A stretch of 64,000 bases of DNA, taken from assembly GCA_021832345.1 (NCBI GenBank), contig JAKBKY010000001.1:22385-86384 (forward strand). The letters run 5' to 3'. Origin of the DNA: a bacterium (GTDB taxonomy: Bacteria; Vulcanimicrobiota; Vulcanimicrobiia; Vulcanimicrobiales; Vulcanimicrobiaceae). The notes under the pieces were generated by a model. That model worked only from the letters and a program-made list of their open reading frames with translations, was not told where the DNA came from and searched no databases. Positions 1 to 8,667 of the stretch are shown here, in pieces. The position numbers and the translations under genes are program-made. The first letter of the stretch is position 1. Each line of letters starts with the position of its first letter.

Positions 1-229
1 GCCACCGCCGCCGCCGCGCCCGACGGCGGGATAGCCATCAGAAACTGCCCCGGGCGTGCCGCTTTGCCGAGATCCGGTGCATGCAAGCCAAGCAGCACGA
101 CACCCGGTGCAAGTTCGCACCGGTCGCTGATCGTCGTGACATGGACGCGCGCGCGCGTCTGGAGCGATGGCATGATTGACAGCTTTCTCCAAATCTTTAT
201 GAAAATCCGTGGCGACGGCATGAACTCTC

Positions 230-258
230 TTGCCACGAATGCCGTTATACGCTATAGA
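230..258 (+). promoter_or_regulatory. Candidate sigma70-type promoter TTGCCA-N17-TATAGA upstream of small ORF
   Basis: TTGCCA at 230-235 and TATAGA at 253-258 with a 17-nt spacer. A GGAAAGGAGG Shine-Dalgarno at 272-281 and an ATG at 290 follow. This is a locally AT-richer stretch. Confidence 0.35.
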
Positions 259-289
259 GACAGTAAACCTCGGAAAGGAGGAACCGCAC

Positions 290-430
290 ATGGCAGGGCT
301 CATGGTCTTCAAATCGTTAGCCGACGCGTTACGAGCGGGCTATCAGGTCTACGACCGTACGACGGACGGATACTTGGTCCGAACGAGAACTGCTGCGGGA
401 TGGGCGATCGCTCTCGTCTCTTGTAAGTAG
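290..430 (+). CDS. Small hypothetical protein (46 aa, MAGLMVFKSLADALRAGYQVYDRTTDGYLVRTRTAAGWAIALVSCK)
   Basis: Strong SD (AGGAGG) 8-9 nt upstream of the ATG. A stem-loop terminator follows the stop. The ORF is bracketed by a promoter-like motif. Nothing can be said about function. Confidence 0.35.
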   Translation: MAGLMVFKSLADALRAGYQVYDRTTDGYLVRTRTAAGWAIALVSCK

Positions 431-452
431 CTTCGTTCCTAGCAGCATTCAC

Positions 453-496
453 GCAGAAGCTCGCCGGGGTGCGCCCCGGCGAGCTTCTGCTTTTCC
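453..496. terminator. Rho-independent terminator (17-bp GC stem, TGCG loop, TTTTCC tail), potentially bidirectional
   Basis: gcagaagctcgccgggg / ccccggcgagcttctgc perfect inverted repeat followed by ttttcc. It lies between the small + ORF and the convergent minus-strand membrane-protein gene. Confidence 0.55.
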
Positions 497-509
497 CGCG
501 CGAGCGAGG

Positions 510-1094
510 CTAACGCTTGGGCGGCTGCGGGGGTTTGGGAAGCTCCGACAATCCGCCCGGCCGCCAACCGGCTGCCCCCGGCGATCCGGCGCGCGGAGGC
601 TCACCGGCGAAACCGCCGGGTTGGTTGGATGCGCCAAACCCGCTCGTCGGCGGCGCCGCCATACCCCCAAAGCGAGCCCCCTCTAAGAGCGCCGTCACCA
701 CCTGCGCCAGACCCACGAACATCGGAATCAATCCGCCGAGCAGCCACGGCCCAAGCTGGAAGCTCGGCCCGCCGAGAAACCCGCCATACGAACGGACGCC
801 TACAAACAAGAATGCTAGCGTCAGCCCCAACCCCAGCACCGCGATCCGGACGCCCTTGCGCAGCCGGCGCTGCGCGCCGTAGATGTCCGCCGCGTAGGGA
901 TCGACGAACGAGGGATCGGCCCAGCGCGCTGCGCGACGTGCACCACGCGGATCCGACGGCGGCACGTAGCCGTGACGAATCATCTCCAGGCGCTCCCGGT
1001 GCGCAAAGACCCGAGCGATGATCCATGCAACCAGCAACATCGGTACAACGAAGACCGAGAGGATCGCAACGATGGGGACGGCGGGGACGATCAT
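510..1094 (-). CDS. Hypothetical membrane protein (N-terminal TM, Gly/Pro-rich C-terminus)
   Basis: 194-aa ORF with hydrophobic N-terminal helices (MIVPAVPIVAILSVFVVPMLLVAWII...) and a low-complexity G/P tail. No recognisable family. Confidence 0.45.
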   Translation of the reverse strand: MIVPAVPIVAILSVFVVPMLLVAWIIARVFAHRERLEMIRHGYVPPSDPRGARRAARWADPSFVDPYAADIYGAQRRLRKGVRIAVLGLGLTLAFLFVGVRSYGGFLGGPSFQLGPWLLGGLIPMFVGLAQVVTALLEGARFGGMAAPPTSGFGASNQPGGFAGEPPRAGSPGAAGWRPGGLSELPKPPQPPKR

Positions 1095-1270
1095 GGCAGG
1101 CTCCGTCGACAGGCGGCTTGCTCCTGCCGATCTCGACCGGCCGAGCCGGGAACCCTCTCTCTCCTGGTGAACGCCATCTTCGTGCTCCTCTGCCTCCGTA
1201 GGGTAGGTCGTTCCATGTACGACGAGATGCGCTTGAAGTTTCGCGCTCCGGGCCGAAACCTCCGACGCCG

Positions 1271-1882
1271 TTGCGCCGTACTCTCTACGTGTCGGCAGCA
1301 GTGGCGCAGCACCCGTTCCCTTCGACGATGACGACGTCCGCCCAGGACGCCGGACTCGTGGCCGCGACGCTGTCGGGCGAGCGCGACGCCTTCGCCGGGC
1401 TCGTCGAGCGGTACGACCGGGCCGTCTACCATCTGGCGCTGCGCACCCTGCGCGACGCCGAAGAGGCCCGCGATGTGGCCCAAGAGACCTTCTTTAAGGC
1501 GTACCGCAGTCTGCGCACCTTCAAACCCGGCGCCAAGTTCTCGACCTGGATCCTGGCGATCGCCTACCACGCCTGTTGCGACCGCCTCGCCAGGCGCAAG
1601 CGCTATGCCCAAGACGAGCTGGCCGACCGCGCCGATACGGCACCGGGGCCGGAGGCCCAAGTCCTGGCAGACGACGATGCCCGCCGCCTGCGGGCCGCCA
1701 TCGACGCGCTCCCGGAGAAGTACCGCACCGTCATTACGTTGTACCATCTCCAAGGGCACCAATACGAGGAGATCGCGGCGGTCCTCGGCGTACCCCTGGG
1801 AACCGTCAAGACGCATCTCTTTCGAGCGAAAGAGCAGTTACGACAACGTCTGAGCCAAACCGAAGAGGAGGCGCGATCATAA
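1271..1882 (+). CDS. ECF-type RNA polymerase sigma-70 factor
   Basis: Sigma70 region 2 (DVAQETFFKAYRSLRTFKPGAKFSTWILAIAYHACCD) and region 4 (YRTVITLYHLQGHQYEEIAAVLGVPLGTVKTHLFRAKEQLRQRL) motifs. The true start is probably internal (MTTSAQD...). Confidence 0.9.
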   Translation: MRRTLYVSAAVAQHPFPSTMTTSAQDAGLVAATLSGERDAFAGLVERYDRAVYHLALRTLRDAEEARDVAQETFFKAYRSLRTFKPGAKFSTWILAIAYHACCDRLARRKRYAQDELADRADTAPGPEAQVLADDDARRLRAAIDALPEKYRTVITLYHLQGHQYEEIAAVLGVPLGTVKTHLFRAKEQLRQRLSQTEEEARS

Positions 1883-2238
1883 TGTACGATGACGAACTCG
1901 ACCGAGCGATTCTCGCGCTACCGCTCGAAGAGCCTCCGGCCGACTTGCGCGACGCCATCCTAGCGTCGACGGTCTATCGCCCCGCCTTCCCGTTCTCGCC
2001 GCTCGAGGTGAGCTTGCTGGGCGCGTGCGCCGGCGTCCTCGTCTGGTTGATCGCGCTGCTGGTGACGACCGATGTCGGCCCGCTCTTCGCGCAAGTCGGC
2101 GATGCCATTCTGAGCGGCGCGGGGGTCATCTCGCATCCCATGACCCTCGCGTGGCTGGCGCTTGGCATCGTCGTGGCAGCCTATCTCTCGGTCACGATGC
2201 AGCCTCCGATCGGGCCGCCCCGCACCGTCGGCCGCTAA
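1882..2238 (+). CDS. Putative membrane anti-sigma factor
   Basis: The ATG overlaps the sigma-gene stop (TAATG). The 118-aa product has a short cytosolic N-terminus and then two TM helices. Its position immediately after an ECF sigma is canonical. Confidence 0.55.
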   Translation: MYDDELDRAILALPLEEPPADLRDAILASTVYRPAFPFSPLEVSLLGACAGVLVWLIALLVTTDVGPLFAQVGDAILSGAGVISHPMTLAWLALGIVVAAYLSVTMQPPIGPPRTVGR

Positions 2239-2248
2239 CGCAGCGCAC

Positions 2249-2926
2249 GTGGAGAAAAGCGCCGAGCGCCGCATCCTGGTGATCGAAGACGATGCCGCGA
2301 TCAGCCGTGTGCTTCAATTGGAGTTCGAACATGAAGGCTACCACGTCGACGTTGCGCGCGATGGCCTGAGCGGCTTAGAGAAGGCGCTCAAAGAACCCGA
2401 TCTCATCGTCCTCGACCTGATGCTGCCGCGCATGGACGGCATCGAGGTCTGCCGGCGCATCCGCGCCAAGAGCCGCGTGCCGATCATCATGCTCACCGCC
2501 AAGGATCGCGTGCCGGACCGCGTCACCGGCCTCGACGTAGGCGCCGACGATTATCTCACCAAACCCTTTGCCACCGAAGAGCTGCTCGCGCGCGTCCGAG
2601 CGCGCTTGCGCGAACGCGCCCCGCAGACCAACATCATCGAATACCGGGATGTCGCCATGGATCGGGACCGTCACGAAGTCCATCGCGCCGGGCAGGCGAT
2701 TGCGCTCACCGGCAAAGAGTACGCGCTGCTCGAATACCTGCTCTTGCATCGTAACAAAGTGCATACGCGCGACGAACTCTTTAACGGCGTGTGGGGCAGC
2801 GACTTTCTCGGCGACTCGAATCTCATCGATGTCTACATCCGCTACCTGCGCGGGAAGATCGATGACGGCTTTGACGATAAGCTCATCACCACCGTACGCG
2901 GCGTCGGCTACACGATCAAGGATTAG
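2249..2926 (+). CDS. OmpR/PhoB-family response regulator
   Basis: Receiver domain (RILVIEDDAAISRVLQLEFEHEGY...LIVLDLMLPRMDGIEV) plus winged-helix C-terminus (GYTIKD). Alternative GTG/ATG starts lie between 2162 and 2249. Confidence 0.9.
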   Translation: MEKSAERRILVIEDDAAISRVLQLEFEHEGYHVDVARDGLSGLEKALKEPDLIVLDLMLPRMDGIEVCRRIRAKSRVPIIMLTAKDRVPDRVTGLDVGADDYLTKPFATEELLARVRARLRERAPQTNIIEYRDVAMDRDRHEVHRAGQAIALTGKEYALLEYLLLHRNKVHTRDELFNGVWGSDFLGDSNLIDVYIRYLRGKIDDGFDDKLITTVRGVGYTIKD

Positions 2927-2950
2927 CGCGCTCGCCGTGGACGCCGGCCG

Positions 2951-4375
2951 ATGACGCACTCCTTACGGTGGCGCATCGCGGCCTGGTATGCGCTCTTATT
3001 GATCCTGGCAATCTCCGCCGTCGGCGGCCTGATCGCATGGCGCTTCCAAACGATCCTCTACCAAGAAGCGCGCGCACGCATCGCTCACACGATGACGGAG
3101 ATCGTCTCGCCGAGCCCTGAACTCTTCTCCCTCGAAGACCTGGGCTTGAGCCCGCTGGACCGGATCATCTCGAGCAGCAGCATCTCCACCTGGGCATCGC
3201 CGACCACCTTCATCGAGATCGATACGACCAAGGGGCAGGTGCTTAATAAGAGCACGAATCTCGGCAGCGGGCGCTTTCCGCCCAATCTCTCCGTCTCGCC
3301 CAAGCATCCGCGCTCCTTTCGTCAAGTCAACGTCGGCACGGCTCCGTTCTTAGTCGAAAGCCGCTATCTGTCGCTGGGCTCCGGTCAAGCCGCCATCGTG
3401 CGCGTCGGCGAGCCGCTGGACGCGCTGCGCCGCACCTTCCAGGCCACCCAACAGACCCTGGCCGTCATCTTGCTCGGCACGGCGGCGGCCGTCATTCTGC
3501 TCTCGATGTTCTTGGCCACGCAAGCGATCAATCCGATCGTAGCGCTCGCTCGCGCCATGCGTGAGATCGGCTCGGATCGGCTCGACCGCCGCATCGCGTG
3601 GGGCGGACGCGACGACGAAATCGGACGGTTGGCGGCTAGCTTCAACGACCTGCTCGCCAGACTCGAGGAGGCTTTCGCGCGCGAGCGGCAGTTCATCTCC
3701 GACGCCTCGCACGAGTTGAAGACACCGCTGACGTCCATCAACGCCAACGCGCAACTCCTGCTGCGCTGGGGTGAGGGCGACCCACAGATTCGCAGGGAGA
3801 GCTTAGAGACGATCGCGCGCGAAAGCACGAGCCTCGCAGCGATGGTCAACGGCATGCTCACACTGGCAAGAGCCGATCGCGGAGATGCGATTCCCAAGGA
3901 GCCGGTGTCGCTAGCCTACGTTGCGGGTGAGGCGGTCCGCGCCACGGCGCACCGGGCGGCCGCGAAGGGATTGTCGCTGCGCTTCGATCCGGGCAGCGGC
4001 AACTCCATCGTGCTCGGAGACGAAAGTCTCTTGCGCCAGAGCGTGAGTAACCTCATTGACAACGCCATCAAGTTTACGGATGCGGGCACGATCGAGGTGC
4101 GCGTCGGCGCCCAAGACGGAGAAGTCTGGATCGAGGTCAGCGACTCCGGTCCCGGCATCGCCACGGAGGACCTGCCGCACATCTTCGAGCGCTTCTACCG
4201 AGCCGACAAAGCGCGCTCGCGCGAGATCGCCGGCACGGGGTTGGGCCTGGCGATCGTCCGTTCGATCGCGCGCGTCCATGATGGACGCGTGGAGACGACC
4301 TCCCATCCGGGCGAAGGAACTTCGTTCCGTGTGACGCTCCCGCAACTCGACCCGATCCTCACAGAACCCTCATGA
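2951..4375 (+). CDS. Sensor histidine kinase (TM-HAMP-HisKA-HATPase)
   Basis: H-box SDASHELKTPLTSI, N/G boxes (IDNAIKFT, SDSGPGI, GTGLGLAIV) and N-terminal TM segments. The stop overlaps the next gene. Confidence 0.9.
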   Translation: MTHSLRWRIAAWYALLLILAISAVGGLIAWRFQTILYQEARARIAHTMTEIVSPSPELFSLEDLGLSPLDRIISSSSISTWASPTTFIEIDTTKGQVLNKSTNLGSGRFPPNLSVSPKHPRSFRQVNVGTAPFLVESRYLSLGSGQAAIVRVGEPLDALRRTFQATQQTLAVILLGTAAAVILLSMFLATQAINPIVALARAMREIGSDRLDRRIAWGGRDDEIGRLAASFNDLLARLEEAFARERQFISDASHELKTPLTSINANAQLLLRWGEGDPQIRRESLETIARESTSLAAMVNGMLTLARADRGDAIPKEPVSLAYVAGEAVRATAHRAAAKGLSLRFDPGSGNSIVLGDESLLRQSVSNLIDNAIKFTDAGTIEVRVGAQDGEVWIEVSDSGPGIATEDLPHIFERFYRADKARSREIAGTGLGLAIVRSIARVHDGRVETTSHPGEGTSFRVTLPQLDPILTEPS

Positions 4376-5448
4376 CCGGGAGACAAGCAGAGGGCTACAC
4401 TCATCCCGTGTCAGGGATCGTGTGGCGACGAGCGGCCGTGTGGGCCGCCTGCGTCGCCTTTGCCGTCGTGCTCGGTGCCCCTCGCGCGGCCCGCGCGAAT
4501 CAGGGGCTTATCGACATCGGCTCATCGCCCGTCGTCAACGTCCATATGCGCAGCGGCATCCTCGTCATACGCACCTGGCAACGTCCCCAGGTGCGTATCG
4601 TCACCGGCGGCGCTGCCCACTGGACGCGTTTCAGTTCGGTCGAGGTCGCCGGCCACGTTCCAAAACAACTTCGTCTGCCACAGCGCTCGATTGCGACGCG
4701 CCGCGGCCCCATCAACGTTCCGGCCGAAACCTTCGTCCTGCCCCCGCTCTCGCCCGGAGAGCATCGCGGCGTGATGATCCGCGGATACGGCCGGACCATC
4801 GTCACCGTGCCGGCGAAGACGGCCCTGCTCTTCCTGCGCATGAGCCACGGCCGCGTGACCGTCAACGGCTACCGCAACGGGACGTTCGTCGCCTATGTCG
4901 GAGGTGGGTCGATCCATCTGCAGCGCGTGAGCGGAACGGGCTTCGTGCAGATTCTGCGTGGACCGTTGATCGCGCAGAACTCCGATTTTACGCGGTTGCG
5001 CGCACGCTCGGCCTTTGGGAACCTCATCTTCAACCATTGCACGGCAACGCAGATCGAGGCGACCACGGGCCTGGGCTCCGTCTACTACAACGATGGAAGT
5101 TTCCACCCGGGCCTAGCGCGTTTTGAATCGCAGTACGGCGATGTGGCGCTCGGCATCGGCAGCGGAGGTGCCGATATCGGCGTACACGACTCCGGCAAAC
5201 CGGTCCTCTCGCAGTTCGGCAACGCTGCCGTAACAACCACCGCGCACGGCGCTCGCGCCCGCGTGGGCGGAGGAGGAGCGTTCGTGACGGCAAGCGCCCC
5301 CGGCGGACGCGTCGTCCTCTACCAGGGCCAACTGCAGGCGCACCCGGCGCTGCTGCGCAGCCTCCATCGACTGCCGCCGATCGTGCGCCGGAACTTCTCC
5401 GCGCGCCGGCCGCCCAAACGCATCGCGCCACGCACTCGCCCGCCGTAG
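4372..5448 (+). CDS. Secreted DUF4097-like (putative adhesin/beta-helix) protein
   Basis: Signal peptide, repetitive V/G/T-rich beta-strand pattern, and location downstream of the sigma/two-component cluster (typical of YvlB/DUF4097 proteins). Confidence 0.5.
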   Translation: MTGRQAEGYTHPVSGIVWRRAAVWAACVAFAVVLGAPRAARANQGLIDIGSSPVVNVHMRSGILVIRTWQRPQVRIVTGGAAHWTRFSSVEVAGHVPKQLRLPQRSIATRRGPINVPAETFVLPPLSPGEHRGVMIRGYGRTIVTVPAKTALLFLRMSHGRVTVNGYRNGTFVAYVGGGSIHLQRVSGTGFVQILRGPLIAQNSDFTRLRARSAFGNLIFNHCTATQIEATTGLGSVYYNDGSFHPGLARFESQYGDVALGIGSGGADIGVHDSGKPVLSQFGNAAVTTTAHGARARVGGGGAFVTASAPGGRVVLYQGQLQAHPALLRSLHRLPPIVRRNFSARRPPKRIAPRTRPP

Positions 5449-5458
5449 CGCCGCAACC

Positions 5459-5520
5459 GTGCCCGCAAGGCCGGAAACCGACAACTCGGGGTCGAAAAAC
5501 TCAGCCATATGGGGAATACC
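5459..5520. repeat. Copy 1 of a ~62-nt intergenic repeat (gcccgcaaggccggaaaccgacaactcggggtcgaaaaactcagccatatggggaat)
   Basis: About 85% identical to 11126-11187. Contains the small hairpin gccggaaaccg. Confidence 0.5.
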
Positions 5521-5558
5521 GGCTAAGCATAACGAAGAGCAGACCCCGGGCTGACGAT

Positions 5559-5594
5559 ACATACGCACCGTGCAAGACATACGCACCGTGCAAG
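5559..5594. repeat. Perfect 18-nt tandem direct repeat x2 (acatacgcaccgtgcaag) in 5' leader
   Basis: Units at 5559-5576 and 5577-5594 are identical. They sit about 20 nt upstream of the SD (aggag, 5613-5617) for the gene starting at 5631. Confidence 0.55.
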
Positions 5595-5630
5595 GTGGGC
5601 GACCTCGCAAGTTGCAGGAGACTATTTGAC

Positions 5631-6344
5631 ATGCGCTCGATTGCATCAATGACACTCTTGGCGCTCTGTGCGCTGATCGGCCTTCCCGCGTCTGCCGGCG
5701 AACCGGCTCACGTGACCTTTGCGCCCGTGCCGCCGGGGACGGTGGTAACGAGCAAAGTCGTCTATCTCGCGGGCGAAGCGATGCACAGTCAGTGGCGCGC
5801 GGTGCTTAGTAAACGACGCCTGGGCGCCGCCTACGGCCAGACGTCGTATCAATGGTACCTTTCGATCTACGCCATTAGCGGCGCTACCTATCACTTGCGC
5901 TACCAATCGCCGCGCGATGGGGCGCCCCTCGCTCGCGTGACCAAAGCGAACGGATCGCCGACAATGTGGTTCCCCATGCAGGATGCGTCAATCGTCGGCG
6001 CTGCCGAACTCATGCAGCCGGGCGTACAACAGCTCGTCTTTCAATCGCATCAAACCGGCGCAGACTGCGGCACGGCCAACATCACTATATTTACTACGAA
6101 CGGGAAAACCGGAAAGGTCGTTCCGGCCGTCTCGATCGAAAACGGTTGTGAACTCAACGCGACCATCGTGCATGGGAAGCGCGGCGATGCGGTGCAGCTT
6201 ACCGGACCGTACTACTCACCATCCGCTGCGCTCTGCTGTCCTACCAAACCGAAGGCGACGGCAACGCTGCGCTATCGCAACGGCGCATGGGTCGAAACAC
6301 CCAAATACTTTACGTTCTATCCACGTCGCTTTTCCCCAATGTAG
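5631..6344 (+). CDS. Secreted hypothetical protein
   Basis: Signal peptide MRSIASMTLLALCALIGLPASA. No recognisable domain. Confidence 0.5.
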   Translation: MRSIASMTLLALCALIGLPASAGEPAHVTFAPVPPGTVVTSKVVYLAGEAMHSQWRAVLSKRRLGAAYGQTSYQWYLSIYAISGATYHLRYQSPRDGAPLARVTKANGSPTMWFPMQDASIVGAAELMQPGVQQLVFQSHQTGADCGTANITIFTTNGKTGKVVPAVSIENGCELNATIVHGKRGDAVQLTGPYYSPSAALCCPTKPKATATLRYRNGAWVETPKYFTFYPRRFSPM

Positions 6345-6429
6345 CGTCTCACCGAAAGATTTCACATGCGCGTACTTCGGATTGCGCGGTACCGCCGCCG
6401 TTTCCGCGCTACGAAATAAATCGGACCCG

Positions 6430-6906
6430 TTAGAGGAGAAACTTTCGCATGACGGCCATATCGATCTTAAAATCGTGTTGCGGGAGAACGACCTCTTCGT
6501 GGAATCCGCATGCTTGGAAGAACGCTTGCGCGGCACTGCGATGCGGCACTTCGATAGTGAGTTTATGGCAGTTGTAGTACCTGGCGATCTCCGCTAAGCC
6601 ATCAACCAACGCGCGCCCGATACCGCGCCGCCGGCGCGCTGCTTCGACGACCACGGCTTCGATACGGCCTAAGGACGCGCTGATGCGCATGCGCCCGACG
6701 CCCGCAAGCACCCCGTCGGCAAGCGCGCTCACGCTATGGGTCTGCTCGTGCGGCACGACCGGGAAGCCGTAGAACGTGCGCAACGCTTCGCGTTCGTGCT
6801 CGCCGAGGAAACGCTCGGCGCTCTCGTCCTGCCGGCGAACGATCTCAAGCGACAACGGCGGCCACCTCCGTGTCGAGGTCGAGTTCCAGGCCGTCATCGG
6901 CGGCAA
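6430..6906 (-). CDS. GNAT-family N-acetyltransferase
   Basis: Acetyl-CoA binding motif RRRRGIGRALVDGLAEIA and a C-terminal GNAT beta-strand pattern. The start is uncertain because it overlaps the upstream MBL gene by ~60 nt. Confidence 0.65.
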   Translation of the reverse strand: MPPMTAWNSTSTRRWPPLSLEIVRRQDESAERFLGEHEREALRTFYGFPVVPHEQTHSVSALADGVLAGVGRMRISASLGRIEAVVVEAARRRRGIGRALVDGLAEIARYYNCHKLTIEVPHRSAAQAFFQACGFHEEVVLPQHDFKIDMAVMRKFLL

Positions 6907-7654
6907 TCACTCGCAGACCAAGGCGATCTTCCAGATCGACGGCCAAGCGCGAGGGATCGCGCTCCAACATCTTCGTTCCGAAGTGCTGGAAGACGACCAC
7001 CTTCGGACGCACGCGTTCGACCAGGCTTTGTGCATCTTCCCACGTTAAGTGATCGACATCCATGCCGTCGGCAAAACGTAAGACATTGACGACGAGCACA
7101 TCGGGGGCCGCCCGCGCGTAGTCTTCGGCCAACTCGTCAAAGTAGCGGCCGCAGGGAAGATACGAGATGCGCATGTCACCGTGGCGAAAATGCAGACCGT
7201 AGGTTTCAACCGCGTGCTGATGCGCCAGTGACGTGAAGAGATCGACCTCGCCGATGCGATACGGCCCGGCGGACGGCCGCAGCACCTCGATGCGCTCGGG
7301 AAACCTCTGCGCGTAGGGCAATACCACGAACTCGCCGCTTAAAGCATCCTGCGGAGCGCAGAGCACGCCACGCTTGCGGAAGCCGCCCGACGTCATCGCC
7401 TCGATCATTACGTTGACGTCGCCGGAGTGATCGAGATGCTTATGCGAGAGCAGAATGGCGTCCAGCTCCCGCGGGTTACAGGGCGGGATATGGGAGAGCG
7501 CGCGAACCAGCGCACCGGGGCCCGGATCGACGTGCAGTTGAGTCGCGCCCAGGCGCAACCACATGCCACCGGAGGCGCGAATCTGCCGCGCGACCACAAA
7601 GCGTGCACCACCGGTGCCCAGAAACAGGATCGATCGCATCCTCGCGGGCTTCAA
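6845..7654 (-). CDS. MBL-fold metallo-hydrolase
   Basis: HKHLDHSGD metal-binding motif (HxHxDH) and ILFLGTGGA N-terminus. Confidence 0.8.
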   Translation of the reverse strand: MKPARMRSILFLGTGGARFVVARQIRASGGMWLRLGATQLHVDPGPGALVRALSHIPPCNPRELDAILLSHKHLDHSGDVNVMIEAMTSGGFRKRGVLCAPQDALSGEFVVLPYAQRFPERIEVLRPSAGPYRIGEVDLFTSLAHQHAVETYGLHFRHGDMRISYLPCGRYFDELAEDYARAAPDVLVVNVLRFADGMDVDHLTWEDAQSLVERVRPKVVVFQHFGTKMLERDPSRLAVDLEDRLGLRVIAADDGLELDLDTEVAAVVA

Positions 7655-8106
7655 CCGCGATGAGCAAGCCTCCCGTTAACGACGTCCGGAGCTTCGTACA
7701 TGGCAAAGAAGGCGTCGAGATGGGTACGGTACTGCTCGAGCGCCGCACTCCACATCTGCAAGGCGAGCCTGCCCGACTCGATCAAGGTATAGACCCGCCG
7801 CGCCGGGCCCTGCTCCCTAGAGTCCCACCAAGAGCTGATGTAGCCGTCGCGCTCGAGCTGGCGCAGCGCTCGATAGATTGTCCCCGGGTCGGTCGAGACG
7901 TTGAATCGCTCGCGCAGCAGCTTCATGATCTCGTAGCCGTGCAGGTTACGCTCGTTGAGCATCACCAAGAGCCACGCCATTAAGTAGTTCTTCGGCGTGG
8001 CCTTCGGGGGCAAACCGCTCTCCCGAAGGTGCTTGGGCTGGGGGAGTATCGAATCGATCACGCTCTCCGCCTTCTCGGGGAAACCTAGGGCTTTCGGCCT
8101 AGGCAT
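7651..8106 (-). CDS. PadR-family transcriptional regulator
   Basis: Winged-helix PadR signature (HGYEIMKLLRERF...GTIYRALRQLERDGYISS). Divergent from the methylcrotonyl-CoA carboxylase operon. Confidence 0.85.
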   Translation of the reverse strand: MPRPKALGFPEKAESVIDSILPQPKHLRESGLPPKATPKNYLMAWLLVMLNERNLHGYEIMKLLRERFNVSTDPGTIYRALRQLERDGYISSWWDSREQGPARRVYTLIESGRLALQMWSAALEQYRTHLDAFFAMYEAPDVVNGRLAHRG

Positions 8107-8216
8107 ACACCCGGTTTCTTGATCGACTCTTAATCACTGCGAGATTGGCCCCCTGCGAGAAAGGTCCACAATACGCCAAAAATCGCCCCATGGAGAGGGA
8201 GAATATCGGAGCGCCC

Positions 8217-8260
8217 GGCAATTAGGAAAGCCTAACTAATGTTAGCGCGTCCTAATTGCC
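8217..8260. promoter_or_regulatory. 11-bp perfect inverted repeat (ggcaattagga-N22-tcctaattgcc): candidate operator in the PadR / liu intergenic region
   Basis: Arms at 8217-8227 and 8250-8260, in the 560-nt non-coding gap between the divergent PadR and carboxylase genes. Confidence 0.4.
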
Positions 8261-8667
8261 GAAAGAAGCGCCATGATGTTCGCAGGCTGCCGGCGCCGGC
8301 TCAAGCGATGGCAGGCAGCGTCGGAAAGACTCCCCATGCGGTCTGCCGGATCTCCGTCGAGCGATGCCGGTCTGCGGGCGCACCGAGTACATGCGGTCGC
8401 CATGCGGCACCACGCAATTGAGCCCGTTATTGCCGCCCGCTACGTTCACCAACAGCAGGCGACGCGATCGCCGCTGCCGGCCCCGATGAGAAAACTCCCG
8501 CGTTTCATGATTGAGAGTTCGTTGCGGGCCGCACTGGGATCGTACACGCGGCTCCTTTCGCCGGCATCGTTAACGACAGTCTACTGCGCCCTCCCGCCAC
8601 TGCGTCCTGAGAGCGCGATGAAACGCAACCGGGAGCGCTCGACCGAGCACCGAATGAGGCCGCTACG

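Noticed and set aside
1-40. Possible 5' end of a minus-strand gene (MAIPPSGAAAAV...) running off the left edge.
   Set aside because: Only about 12 codons are visible. Unsupportable.
601-1026. Numerous long ORFs antisense to or overlapping annotated genes (e.g. 601-1026, 629-1021, 3385-3897, 9226-9741, 22259-23053, 47408-48082, 56368-57291).
   Set aside because: These are expected in ~68% GC DNA where stop codons are rare. They lack start context, overlap better-supported genes on the other strand, and show low-complexity R/A/P-rich translations.
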